A DNA stretch of 64,000 nt from Octopus sinensis (taxonomy: Eukaryota). Below the pieces are notes generated by a model, which was given only the letters and a program-made list of their open reading frames with translations, made no database searches and was not told the origin of the DNA. Numbering within the stretch: position 1 is the first letter of the stretch; each line of letters begins with the position of its first letter. The stretch lies in contig NC_043007.1 of assembly GCF_006345805.1 (NCBI RefSeq), positions 69,192,001-69,256,000 of the forward strand, given 5' to 3'. Made by a program: the position numbers and the translations under genes. This document shows positions 1 through 11,744 of this stretch, piece by piece.

Positions 1-367
1 TCTAAAAGAACGCTGGTCTCCTTGACAACGCTTTACGACGTTGATTTCCTTAAACTCCTTCCCCACAGCTTCACGAGGAGGGAAGAAGGGGAGAAGCAAA
101 CAGGTGCAGGTGTGACCATGGACGCCAACTCCGCCGCCATCGACACACGAAAAATTATGCATTAAAATGGAATAAAAAATGATGTTAAATTATTTTTAAA
201 ATCGTAGACTCATCGTAGACGCGCGTTAATACTTAGACGGGCTCGATATGAATTACGACTATAAGATACCCGAATTTGGTTAAACTGCACCGCAAAATGT
301 GGGAGTAGTTAGGAATCTAAATCGAAGGGGACAAACACTCACACAACTACAGTTTTATATATATAGA
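1..367 (-). mobile_element. Partial non-autonomous Helitron-like element (5' end; continues left of the window)
   Basis: Minus strand begins A|TCTATATATATAAAACTGTAGTTGTGTGAG. This is the same 5' TC-(TA)n architecture as the complete Helitrons at 52150 and 60716. The 3' end is not in the window. Confidence 0.5.
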
Positions 368-786
368 TTATGTAACGATTTACCTATACAAGAAGATCTA
401 TATGAATCTCCCCGCCATGGATGTTGTAGCTTGGAAATCTAAATTTACTTACGGAGACAGCAACTGAGTATCGCCTGAAGAGATACACATAGACCTTCTT
501 GTACAGGTAAATCTTGACATAACTTAATTTAAACTTAACTTTAAATCCTGTATATGTGAGGATCTGCATGTATCGAAGCATTTGTAGCGATGATTAAAAA
601 GGTGTCTAACCGTACTTACGCTTCCTTTTGACTCTTTTACTTTTTACTTTTTATTTCATACACGAAGAATACCTATACTAGAATTGGTAGCATACCATAA
701 GAATACTACCGTCTATTTAGGAATTCTAATGATGAACGAGCTCTATTTGTACTCTTATACGTTCTTAACACAGAACACACCTCAAC

Positions 787-857
<71 letters not shown>

Positions 858-871
858 CGTTTGTATATATA

Positions 872-906
<35 letters not shown>

Positions 907-3387
907 ATATATGTATATATATATATATAAAGTAAAAGGCTTTTAAAAATCTAGGCAGTTATGTATAAAGCATCACTGTTAAACGCAGTTATTTAAGAAT
1001 ATCCGAGAACTAGATACCAATTGCAAAAATGCAAGTAGAATAAACATCCATGTTAATTCCTCATGAATGGCAAGTAAACCCCAATTTTGTTTTGATGAAT
1101 ATTTAGAAATTTGGAGTTTAAGACAACAAAATAAGAATGGAGAAAATCACAACTTAAATTGGTAGTTATACCATACAATACCAACAATCGTTTCTGTTAT
1201 GTCAGCATATTTAGATACAGAAAATACTAGCGAAACTAATATATTCGAAAATATATTAACTCAACCTTGTCAAGGCAATCGAAAATTGGTTAACTTCAAA
1301 GTGAATACAAAAAGAAAAAAAAAGAAAAAGTAGAAGATCGCATACAAAAAGAACGTGAAGAAGATATATAACATCCTAATAAAAGTCAGTTTAGTATTTA
1401 ACTTCTTTTGGCGTCACAAAAGAATAAAAATTAAGCATAAGCATTCTACATTACTACAGTTAGAAACGCTGGAATTCTACAACACAGCAACTAGTTATCT
1501 ATCTACTAAATATACTAAACAATTTTTAGAAAAATTAAACCTATTATATTATATGAAAAACCAGTTATAATTAATGAGTTATGCAGAATTGAAACCATTA
1601 AATGCTTTTCTATATTTGTGAGAACATTTCAATGAAAAATTACCAGTATAATTCAATTATATTAATTTAGAAATAATTATATAATACATTTTATCAGAGC
1701 AAAGATCACATTTAAAGTTACCAGTATTGTACGATGGTGCGTGTCTAATAATGAACCACTTTAAATCAAACGTTAATGTTCCTATCTTTTAAATCCCAAA
1801 TGTATTTGCTAAGATTCGTAGAATTACATTTTTGTACTTAAATGAATGAGAGTGATTATGAAATCTAGATTTTCTGAACTAGATTTTGATACCCTAAGTA
1901 AAAGTAATTCTGACTGATTATACAGTTAAGTTAACACCTTGTAATAATATTAATTATAACTCTACTTGACAACCTGTGTTAGCTTGCTTACATCCCCGTA
2001 ACATATCATTTCGGTAAAACAGACCGATAGTGTAAGTTACAGGTCTAAAATATAAGTTCTGGAATCAAATTTTTGCCACTGAGTCTTTCAGGGCTGTGCT
2101 CCAACATGGCCGTAGTCCAATGCCTGAAATAAGTGTTTGGAGTTTATTTCTACTAATTTCCATTGTCAGATATCTTTTATTACATATGCTTAATATTGGA
2201 TTTTTTTGTATTTATTTATTATTATTGTATTTGTTAGTTGTTAATGGACAGGATAGATTACTGGCAGACATACCATATTCTGTTATGATGCATTTTATAC
2301 ATTTGGATTTTATTAGCAGACCTCTGCGAATGAGGCTTTTCTCTGGTGTATTAAATTGACAGAAACTTTATTTCAGACATGTGAACCAAAGTTTGTCATA
2401 AAGCTTCGAGGATGACAGTAGTAATTACATTCAGCCCCATTATCATATATTAGAGGTTCAGAGTTGCCTTTATACCAAATTGTTATAACTCACACTCACA
2501 AAACACACACGTACACACACATTGTGGAAATTGATATAAACACAATTATGAATATTTGGTTCTTACGTAAGTTTCACCATTACAGTTATTTGGAAATCAG
2601 TATTGGATGTACGAAGAGCATCTCGATGCCTAACTGCAATGGATCATCGGGGGACAATTCATTGTATTTTGTCTGTTTTGAAAACTGTAGCGGTGAAACA
2701 TATGTAGAAACTAAATATTCAAAAATTTCTCTCCGTAGACAAAATACAACAGCGATTAGCATATTCATCATTGAATCGCTTGGGACGTATTAAGAACGCA
2801 TATGTACATTATTGTTTTCTTTTTAATTGTATTTTAAGGTAATATTTTTCTTTCCAGATATATATTCATTTCATTATTTTGTTCTAGCACCAAAATATTT
2901 GCTAAATGTTAAATCATAATTATTGCATATTTGCCATATGAGCCATCAAGTCTAGTGTGTCCACTCCTCTTGCACGTCTTATGTTAAATCCCTCCCTATC
3001 TCTCTTTTGCTCCCTCCTCTCTATATCCGTCAACGCATTACTGGAGAAATCATCTAACTATGTAACCAACAAATATTTATATCTATATTATAAATAGATA
3101 GTGCCAAGAACGGTCTCAGGTAGGTTGATACTTAAATGTTATTGTTTTAACAGAATGTTCTATATAATCTACTCATCACTGCCTTTAGAATATGTAAACT
3201 TAAAAAAAAAATATTTGTCACGAACCGCCATTTTTAAAAATGGGGTTATTTCTCCAATAACAAGTGTACTTCAAGATTCACTGGACTTGATGGATACTCA
3301 ATACAGAATGCGGACTAAAAGAGAGGATAAAGAGAGCGAAAAGAGGAGAAATATTCAAGAACTAAAGAATGATTTTTTTCATCTTAC

Positions 3388-3623
3388 CTTTAAGCATGGC
3401 TTTGCCAAATACTGATGCATCTCGATCTAAGGTACTGCAGTTCCAACGTTGGTTTCGTAATTGAAACTGACATTCTTTTACTCCTATTTGAACTCCTTCC
3501 CTCAGGCTAAGCATCACATCAGGATAGATGCGACACAGCTTCTTCTGTTTCCCCACCAATCCAGGGATATTGCTGCACATCATTCGTGCGCCAACCATGT
3601 GAAGAGGGTACTGACTGATAAAC
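3388..3623 (-). CDS. Wnt2: Internal coding exon (exon 2 equivalent) of a Wnt2/Wnt2b-like secreted ligand
   Basis: Translates as FISQYPLHMVGARMMCSNIPGLVGKQKKLCRIYPDVMLSLREGVQIGVKECQFQLRNQRWNCSTLDRDASVFGKAMLK. It has the Wnt motifs C..IPGL..KQ..LC and ECQ.Q.R..RWNCS, plus the Wnt2-type LDRD.SVFG. Acceptor ttttcAG|G (AG at 3625-3624) and donor G|GTAAGA (GT at 3387-3386). The 236 bp split as 1+78x3+1, giving a phase-2 upstream and phase-1 downstream intron, as for vertebrate WNT2 exon 2. Confidence 0.93.
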
Positions 3624-3626
3624 CTG

Positions 3627-3628
3627 AA

Positions 3629-3696
<68 letters not shown>

Positions 3697-3767
3697 TAAT
3701 AATGATAATAAAAATAATAATAATAATAATAATAATAAATAATAATAATAATAACAATAAAAAAAAA

Positions 3768-3829
<62 letters not shown>

Positions 3830-3841
3830 CAACAACAACAA
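3627..3841. repeat. (TAA)n/(CAA)n trinucleotide microsatellite abutting the Wnt2 acceptor
   Basis: About 215 bp of near-pure TAA repeats, read directly from the sequence. Confidence 0.97.
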
Positions 3842-3931
3842 TGTTGTATCTAGGATGGGTAAATTATCCAGTGCTCAAAAGTGGAACACAATATTCCGCT
3901 TGTAAACCATTTAATATATTTAGTACATACA

Positions 3932-4174
3932 TATTTCTTTACTACACACAAGGGACTAAACACAGAGGGGACAAACAAGGACAGACAAATGGATTAAGAC
4001 GATTACATCGACCCCAGTGAGTAACTGGTACTTAATTAATCGACCCCGAAATGATGAAAGGCAAAGTCGACCTCAAGTCGACCTCGGCGGAATTTGAACT
4101 CAGAACGTAACGGCAGACGAAATACTGCTAAGCATTTCGCCCGTCGTGCTAACGATTCTGCCAGATCGCCGCCT
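3932..4174 (-). mobile_element. tRNA-derived SINE, family A (head AGGCGGCGAGCTGGCAGAA)
   Basis: Reverse complement of the full copy at 8148-8380, with a B-box-like GAGTTCAAATTCC. Confidence 0.85.
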
Positions 4175-4209
4175 AGGATGGGTAAATTATACCATTAAAA
4201 ATTAATTCT

Positions 4210-4910
4210 ACAACACATTTGATGAAACAATAGGCCATCTTGTTTCGAGATGTCCTGTGCTAACACCATACGAATATAATAGTCGCCACGATAGAGTTGG
4301 ACAGTATTGACATTGGAAGATATGTAAGCACTACAAAATCGACACTGTTGCTAACTTGTATAAAACATCCTGTGTCAGTGGTTGAAGGTAAAGATGTCAT
4401 CATCCTCTGGGGTTGTCCAGTCAACACTGCTAGAACAATCCAGGCTAATCGACCAGGAATAATTATTAAAGACAGGTTAGAAAATATTTGTAAACTAATA
4501 GTTGTAAGTGTTCCCACGGATAAAAATATATTGGTAAATGAATTTGACGAGCTTAATAAATATAAGGACCTGAAAATCGAAATACAAAAAAAATGTGGAA
4601 TCTTAAAGCAAAAATGTTCCTAATATTGTTGGTACCCAAGGTATGATTTAAAAAATGGGATGTCAGAAACATCTAGACAGTATCCCAAGAGAACCATATC
4701 TCAAAGAAATACAAAAGACTATGCTGACAAATACTGCCCACATTCTTTGAAAAACTATCAATTTAAATGTTTTTGTAATATGTAAATGAATTTCTGTACT
4801 GCCCGCCCCACTTTGCTTTCCCAAGCTTTCAGTTGTATCTCAACATCTCTAAATCTTCACTTGCCCTAGGGTGTGTCCTGACAAGTGAATGCCTCAAACA
4901 TGCAGATTAA
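4210..4910 (+). mobile_element. 5'-truncated R4/Dong-like non-LTR retrotransposon (CCHC + restriction-like endonuclease), inactive
   Basis: Frameshifted ETIGHLVSRCP..RHDRVGQY.HWKIC (zinc-knuckle end) and QANRPGIII..LIVVSVP..K..KY.DL (RLE with the PD and D residues mutated). A 3' UTR follows, ending in (TAA)n at about 4911. Confidence 0.82.
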
Positions 4911-4922
4911 AATAATGATGAT

Positions 4923-4984
<62 letters not shown>

Positions 4985-5007
4985 TCATCATAATAATAAT
5001 AATAATA

Positions 5008-5187
5008 CAGTTCTATATTTAAGAGATGAGGAAATATGTACATTATATACATTATTTACATTTTACCGATATTTGTCCTCATCTTGTTTGTTGTTAACAC
5101 AACATTTCGGCCGATATACCCTCCAGCCTTCATCAGGTGTCTTGGGAAAACTTCGAAACTGGGTTCTCATTCCTAAGGTATTTTTCG

Positions 5188-5283
<96 letters not shown>

Positions 5284-5346
5284 TCACTGCTTGGAATCGA
5301 ACTCGGAATCTTGGGATTAGTAACCCGCGTTCTTAACCAATACGCT
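5008..5346 (-). mobile_element. Non-autonomous Penelope-associated module: tRNA-like head + (TAA)n + hammerhead-bearing tail
   Basis: Same module order and sequence (CGAAAAATACCTTAGGAATGAGAACCC) as the segment following the GIY-YIG stop at 43500-43650. Confidence 0.65.
5096..5141 (-). ncRNA. Minimal type I hammerhead ribozyme motif (probably degenerate or dimer-dependent)
   Basis: Minus strand GACAC-CTGATGA-A-GGCTG(GAGGGTATAT)CGGCC-GAAA-TG-TT-GTGTT. Stem I is GACAC/GTGTT, stem II is GGCTG/CGGCC, the core is intact, and stem III is reduced to a near-palindrome (A[T]GT, likely ACGT before CpG decay). Confidence 0.6.
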
Positions 5347-5354
5347 CTTAAACA

Positions 5355-5430
5355 CGGGCATATGGCGTAGGGGTTAAGAGCGCGGGCTACTAACCCCAAG
5401 ATTCCGAGTTCGATTCCAAGCAGTGACATG
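5355..5430 (+). pseudogene. tRNA-Arg(ACG)-like Pol III head (SINE-type, not a functional tRNA)
   Basis: GGGCATATGGCGTAGGGGTTAAGAGCGCGGGCTACTAACCCCAAGATTCCGAGTTCGATTCC has A-box and B-box motifs. The acceptor and anticodon stems pair poorly. Confidence 0.6.
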
Positions 5431-5431
5431 A

Positions 5432-5478
<47 letters not shown>

Positions 5479-5558
5479 CAACACAACAACAACAACAACA
5501 ACAACAAGCAACATCAACAACAACAACAACAACAATAATAGTAATAATAATAATAATA

Positions 5559-5614
<56 letters not shown>

Positions 5615-5615
<1 letters not shown>

Positions 5616-6150
5616 TGTGGAAAGAGGGTCGAAAGCGTGACTCACATTGCTAGTGCTTTGAAGGTCTTGCGCAGAAAGAGTACAATCGCAGACATGATAA
5701 GGTAACCTAAAACATTCACTGGCGACTATGTCGGAAGTATGGATATGGGTTAACTGGTCCTTGGTACCAACATACCCCAGTAAAAGTAGTGAACGAAAAA
5801 ATCCTCTGGGACATTGAAATCTAGACAGACAAGGTGTTAGAACACCTACGGCCGGATATAGTAAGCTTTAGGTGGGACAAACAAGAGTGCCTAATAATCG
5901 ACGTGGCAGTGCCAGAAGATCAGCATATTATCATGAAAGAGAAAAGATAGATAAATATGGTGAACTGAGAATTGAGCTAAGATGTGGCATCTACTAGAGT
6001 CGAACATAAAGGTTGTCTCTCTTGTCATCGGAACATTGGGTTCAATACTACCCAACCTGAAAAAATAACTAGAAGCTTTAGAAAGGTGTTTATAAGCCAT
6101 TTAAGAAACATACAAAATCCGTTAGATTCACTTCAACATTTAAATTTAAT
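5615..6150 (+). mobile_element. Second R4/Dong-like RLE LINE 3' fragment
   Basis: Frameshifted CGKRVESVTHIAS..RRHDKV..IHWRLC..WYQH.P..ILWD..TDKVLEHLRPDIV..LIIDVAVP. It begins directly after a (TAA/CAA/GAT)n array. Confidence 0.8.
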
Positions 6151-7124
6151 TTCTCAAAATATTTTCGTCGCTTTGAGAATTCTTGTAACAGAATTGTTAA
6201 TACTTGTCACACAGTACGAATATATTAATATATGTGGTTTCTAACTTAAACTGCCATGTTCTATTGTGATAGTATTTTTCCAGTTTAATGTAAGCTAGTA
6301 GTTCAGTGATACCTCTGATAAAATGAAAATCAAAGCACAGCTTGATGGGATTTGGATTCAAGAGTTGAGAGGTAGTAAATGCATATAATGCAATATATTT
6401 TGTCTGATGCACTGCTGCTTCTGCTATCCATGATAATGATAACTTAATGATTACTTACATTAGTTTGGACAAATAAATTTATGGAAGAAAAAACTCGTTG
6501 ATTCGTTTACTAACGTATTACTGATAGTTATATTATCGAATACAAGATGGCTGTCGACAAATTTCCGGTATCTTATTCAACGTAGAGTGTTTTATTGTTG
6601 TTATATAAATAACAATCATTTCCACGACAGCACTCACTAATTAACTTACTTTCTTCTATTTAAAATATTCATGTCGCCTTGGATAAGATTGAGAATATTT
6701 CGTCGTAAATGTTGTAGATGGTGTTTTTGTGGATGTATTTATTACAATAAACTAATACTGGTCATAATATATTAAAATTAACGCGACATTATTTTAATTG
6801 CCGTACATAGTTAAATACATCCATAGCATTCTACTTGCTCGAATATATAAAAGTTGATTTATGAACAGCGTAACGTCTCTTAAAAGATATTTCAGATATG
6901 CTAATGTAGGATTTAGTACATAGCACTCGCTAAATGAAAATGAAGGCGTTTGCTTAGTAAACAATACTCTACTTTACATTTACGAACGAAGGGATATACT
7001 TAGCAAATTTACAATTACATTAATGACTGATTTGGTTACATTGTTACTAGCTACATAGCGCGGTTTAATATAGTTACTGAGGTTATGATGTCAGCCATAC
7101 TTTAATATGTTATCTACGAATGAA

Positions 7125-7273
7125 TGTGTGGTAAGAAGCTTGCTTCCCAACCACATGGTTCCGGACTCAGTTCCACTGAGTAGCCCCTTGGTCAGGTGTC
7201 TTCCAATATAGCTTCGAACCGAACAAAGCTTTTTGAGTGGATTTGATAAACGGAAACTGAAAGAAACCCGTCG

Positions 7274-7334
<61 letters not shown>

Positions 7335-7575
7335 GTGTGTGTATGTGTGTGTGTGTGTTTTGTGTCTCCGTTTGTCCCTCACTATCGCTTGATAATAGGT
7401 TTGGTGTGTTTACGTCCCCGTAACTTTGCGGTTCGGCAGAATAAACTGATAGAATAGGTACTTGGACTTAAAGAAAATAAGTCCTGGGGTCAATTTGTTC
7501 CGACTAAAACCCTTTAAGGCGGTGCCCCAGCAAGGCCGGTATCAAATGACTAAAGCAAGTAAAAGATAAAAGGAC
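7125..7575 (+). mobile_element. tRNA-derived SINE, family B, with internal (TA)n(TG)n microsatellite
   Basis: Head TGTGTGGTAAGAAGCTTGCTTCCCAACCACATGG, central microsatellite and 3' end ..GGTGCCCCAGCA..ATGACT..AAGTAAAAGA. Many copies in the window. Confidence 0.85.
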
Positions 7576-8147
7576 AAATGAAGTTAACTGTAACTGACGT
7601 GTCATCTACTTGAAACTCCGCCCGCATTCATTCGCAACATAAATTATTACAGAGCCAAAAGTTCCCTAAATTTGTTTACCAAACTTTACTCGAAATAAAA
7701 TCACTTTTATAAGCTTTTCAACTGGTACAATTCCTCAGTCTTGCAGTTTTATTTCTGACTACTTTTATGCACCACACAATAAATGTCCTTCAAACAGTAA
7801 ATATCCATACCCATGCACATACATGTTGTCGCCCCTAGTGGGTAATAAAGAATCAACTCATGCACATACATACGCTCAGGAGATTTGAAGGTATCTTTGG
7901 CCTGATAAGTAGCTAGTGGAATACCCTCATTCAGTAATTATTACTCCCGAGGTTCTGCTAGCTAGGAAACATACATAGCCTGGAAACATACATAGCATGT
8001 ATAACAACCCTAGTTGGTAACCGTGAACTATAAAATAACTTTTTGTAGTTTATCGAACTTCGATATGGGAAAAATTTACCACCTTCTTCGCCAATAAACT
8101 GCTATTGTTCCAGAAAGTTGATTTTTCTATATCATCTACGAACTATG

Positions 8148-8380
8148 AAGGCGGCGAGCTGGCAGAAACGGTAGCACGCCGGGCGAAATGCGTAGCCATA
8201 TTTCGTCTGCCGTTACGTTCTGAGTTCAAATTCCGCCGAGGTCGACTATGCCTTTCATCCTTTCGGGGTCGATAAATTAAGTACCAGTTACGCACTGGGG
8301 TCGATGGAATCGAGTTAATCCCTTTGTCTGTCCTTGTTTGTCCCCTCTGTATTTAGCCCCTTGTGGGTAGTAAAGAAATA
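8148..8380 (+). mobile_element. SINE family A, full-length, with 17-bp target-site duplication
   Basis: TATATCATCTACGAACT at 8128-8144 and 8381-8397 flanks the element. Confidence 0.92.
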
Positions 8381-8479
8381 TATATCATCTACGAACTGCT
8401 CGAAGATTACTAAGTTCCCACACGTGGGCTCTTGGATATTACATTTATATATTTCGGCAGAAAAGACTGATAGAATAAA

Positions 8480-8990
8480 TAAGATTGTTGTTTAGATTCC
8501 TGAACCGGGTGATGTGTTGTGTTCTTGAGCAAAACACTTCATTTTAGGTAACTCCAGTCTTCTCAGCTGCCAAAAACGAGTAACCCTGCGACAGACCGGA
8601 GTCCCGTCGAAGGGAGGAATATATACGCCACAGAGTCCGGGCAACCGGCCTTATGAGTCTACAGCTCGGGAATACGGACAGACAAAATATATTGCATTAT
8701 AAGCATGTATTACCTCTTAGGTGGAAGTGCAATGGTCCAGTGGTTAGGGAAGCGGACTCGCAGTTGTAGGATCGCGGTTTCGATTCCCAGACCGGGCTTG
8801 TGAGTGTTTATTGAGCAAAAACACCTAAAGCTCTTTCGCCACAACTTTCTCTCACTTTTTATTCTGTTGGCCTGCTCACTTAGCCAGCGGGGTGGCGTCA
8901 TTTGAAGGCTAAAACAATGCGAAGCGCATTGTGACCAGCGATGCGTAGCAACATCTGGTAGCCTGATCGGTCACGGTGATCACGGTGATT
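8480..8990 (+). mobile_element. Two adjacent CORE/MESC-like tRNA SINEs (family C partial, then a variant from about 8718)
   Basis: B-box GGTTTCGATTCC followed by TTGTGTTCTTGAGCAAAACACTT, a CORE-like central domain. Confidence 0.7.
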
Positions 8991-9051
8991 ACTTCTTAGC
9001 TCCTAAATCCAAAATCTCATTAAGCTATGCTTTGATTTAAAATTGAAGTAG

Positions 9052-9217
9052 TGGCTGTGTGGTAAGAAGCTTGCTTCGCAACCACATGGTTCCCGTTTAG
9101 TCCCACTGCTTTGCACCTTGGTCAAGTGTTTTCTACTAAAGTTTCGGGCCGACCAAAGCCTTGTGAGTGGATTTGGTGGACGGAAACTGAAAGCCCGCTA
9201 TGTATACATACATACAT

Positions 9218-9248
<31 letters not shown>

Positions 9249-9286
9249 TATATATATATACTCTTTTACTTACTCTTTATATATAT

Positions 9287-9362
<76 letters not shown>

Positions 9363-9607
9363 GTATGTATTATGTATGTATGTATTTGTGTGTCTGTGTT
9401 TTCCCCCACCACAATCGCTTAACAACCGAGGTTGGTGTGTTTACGTTGCCGTAACTTAGCGGTTTGGCAAAGAGAAATCGATAGAATAAGTACTAAGCTT
9501 ACAAAGATTAAGTCCTGGGATCGATTTGTTCGACTAAAGGAGGCGATGCTCCATCATGACCGCAGTGAAATGATTGAAACAATTAAAAAGAGATAAAAGA
9601 ATAAAAG
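9052..9607 (+). mobile_element. SINE family B
   Basis: Same head, internal microsatellite and tail as 7125-7575. Confidence 0.85.
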
Positions 9608-9628
9608 TATATATATTTTAATCCATTG

Positions 9629-9662
<34 letters not shown>

Positions 9663-9739
9663 CTTGTCAGTGAGTGTGCATTTGTGTGTCCGCTTGTGTG
9701 TGCACGTGCACATAGATGTACTTATACATAGATATATGT

Positions 9740-10030
9740 GTGCTATTTTCATGTATATTGTGTCTTTGGACTTCACTGTGCTGGATACAAAAAGATCAAA
9801 GGCCCTTCCCGAGCTGTAAACTCATAAGGCCGATTGCCCGAATTCTGTGGCGTATATATTCCTCCCTTGGATTGGACACCGGTTTGTCGCAGGATTAATC
9901 GTTTTTGCCAGCTGAGACGACCTGAAATGAAGAGTTTTGATCAAGAACAAAATGCATCGCTAGTCCAGGAATTGAAACCACAATTTTACTATCATGAGTG
10001 CGACACTCTGATCAATAACCCACGCACCTT
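9740..10030 (-). mobile_element. Degenerate family C SINE
   Basis: Reverse complement resembles 27359-27605 and 8480-8690. Confidence 0.6.
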
Positions 10031-11090
10031 AACTGTGCTAGAACACAGGTTTCAAAAGCTTTAGTCGATTATTGTGAGGTCATTATTTTGTATGGTCATG
10101 TTCCGACTTCTAAAAGAAAGAAGCAAAATTGATCGGTGCATAGGAATGTAATCAGTACGGAAAGTAACATCGCAAGGTATTTCTACTAATTGGACAACTT
10201 TTTGCATCATACACCATGTATTATAATTAAAACATCTTTGGAAACTTTGACAAAATTATAATTGATGAATTCTTTATTTATGTATCTTACTATTTATCTG
10301 TTTATCTAACTGCCAGTCTGTTGGGGTGTCTGTTGTATTCACAGCGCAAGACTATGAAGGTTATTAAGAAAACAATTAATAATGTAAATGATCGCCAATT
10401 GCCATACTATGTGCTTGTTGTTGTTGCTTAGCCTGAACAAGACACTCATTGAGCCAACGAAAATTCAATACTATGTTTTTCATATGAGTAAATAGCGTTT
10501 AATTACATTATCTTCCAATTCGAACATGGGACGTGATTTGTTCGAGATATGCTTGCTATATCTAACAGGTCACGCCACCACATAGACGTCTTGTCCAAGC
10601 GAAATCATGACGTTCGTAAACAGAATGAAAAAGGTTAAACTTTACGATGACTGTTATTGGATAAAACTTGGAGATGTAGGGCCATTCTCGCGTGACGTAC
10701 ATGGTACAGACACAAATTATGAAATATCTAAGCAATAAGTCTTTAACATTTACAAAAATTGCATTGATACGTTTCTCACAATAAAATTTTACTACCCAGA
10801 CAAGTATTAAATAAAAACATTTTTACTTGGAACATAAAATAAATTGCTTAAAGAAAATCCAAAATGTGTGACGTATATGACATCGCACATAACATTTTTT
10901 CACCTGAAAATCGTTACCGCTAATTCCTTAGAATATTTCCACAGTAGCATAAAGAGCTCCGTGGCGATTGTTTATATTAACCTTGAAATGAAAAACATGC
11001 TAAAGAGTTTGTTGAACAACAATGTCTGGGGTTACATTTTCCATATACTTGGTCTGCGTGACAAAAATGGATATGATGTACACAAAGAAA

Positions 11091-11358
11091 AGTTTCATTT
11101 TAAAGACAACGCAATCTATAAGTTTCATTTTAAAAACAACGCAACCTATAAATTTCATTTTAAAGACAACGCAATCTATAAGTTTCATTTTAAAGACAAC
11201 GCAATCTATACGTTTCATTTTAAAGACAACGCAATCTATACGTTTCATTTTAAAGACAACGCAATCTATAAGTTTCATTTTAAAGACAACGCAATTTATA
11301 CGTTTCATTTTAAAGACAACGCAATCTATGTTTCATTTTAAAGACAACGCATTCTATA
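11091..11358. repeat. 30-bp minisatellite, about 9 copies
   Basis: Unit AGTTTCATTTTAAAGACAACGCAATCTATA at a 30-bp period, head-to-tail with no spacers. Confidence 0.95.
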
Positions 11359-11579
11359 AGAAATTGTCCCAATATCAATATCTGCTCAAAAATGAGCCAC
11401 TTCAACATACTTTTACAGATATAGGAAGATTATCTGGCCATTATAAAATTTTTTTGAAATCTGTTTTATTTCATATTTCATGGGAATGACCTTGCAGTTA
11501 TCATTGTCCATGTGGAGTGGTGTTAGAAATATCATTAAATTACATCACAAGGAGTTATTTCCCCGACAGATTAGTCACA

Positions 11580-11709
11580 TATAGTGTGTGTGTATGTAAA
11601 TATGCATACGTGCGTGCGTGCGTATACTTTTGACCTTGTGTGTAATGTGTTGTGTATGGTGAGTATGTGTGTTGTGTGAGTGTAATTGCGTGCGGGAGTA
11701 ATTGTGTAA

Positions 11710-11744
<35 letters not shown>

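Noticed and set aside
2586-2771. ORF with faint hAT dimerisation-like STY..FS..KTKY pattern
   Set aside because: The similarity is too weak and short to call without a profile search.
1-3387. Next Wnt2 exon (expected G|SREAAF..)
   Set aside because: I found no such peptide on the minus strand; the exon must lie left of the window.
5279-5430. Functional tRNA genes (also 43500-43572 and the SINE heads)
   Set aside because: Acceptor and anticodon stems do not pair properly and all are embedded in repeats.
11091-11358. 30-bp repeats as a CRISPR array
   Set aside because: Units are head-to-tail with no unique spacers, the context is eukaryotic and there are no cas genes.
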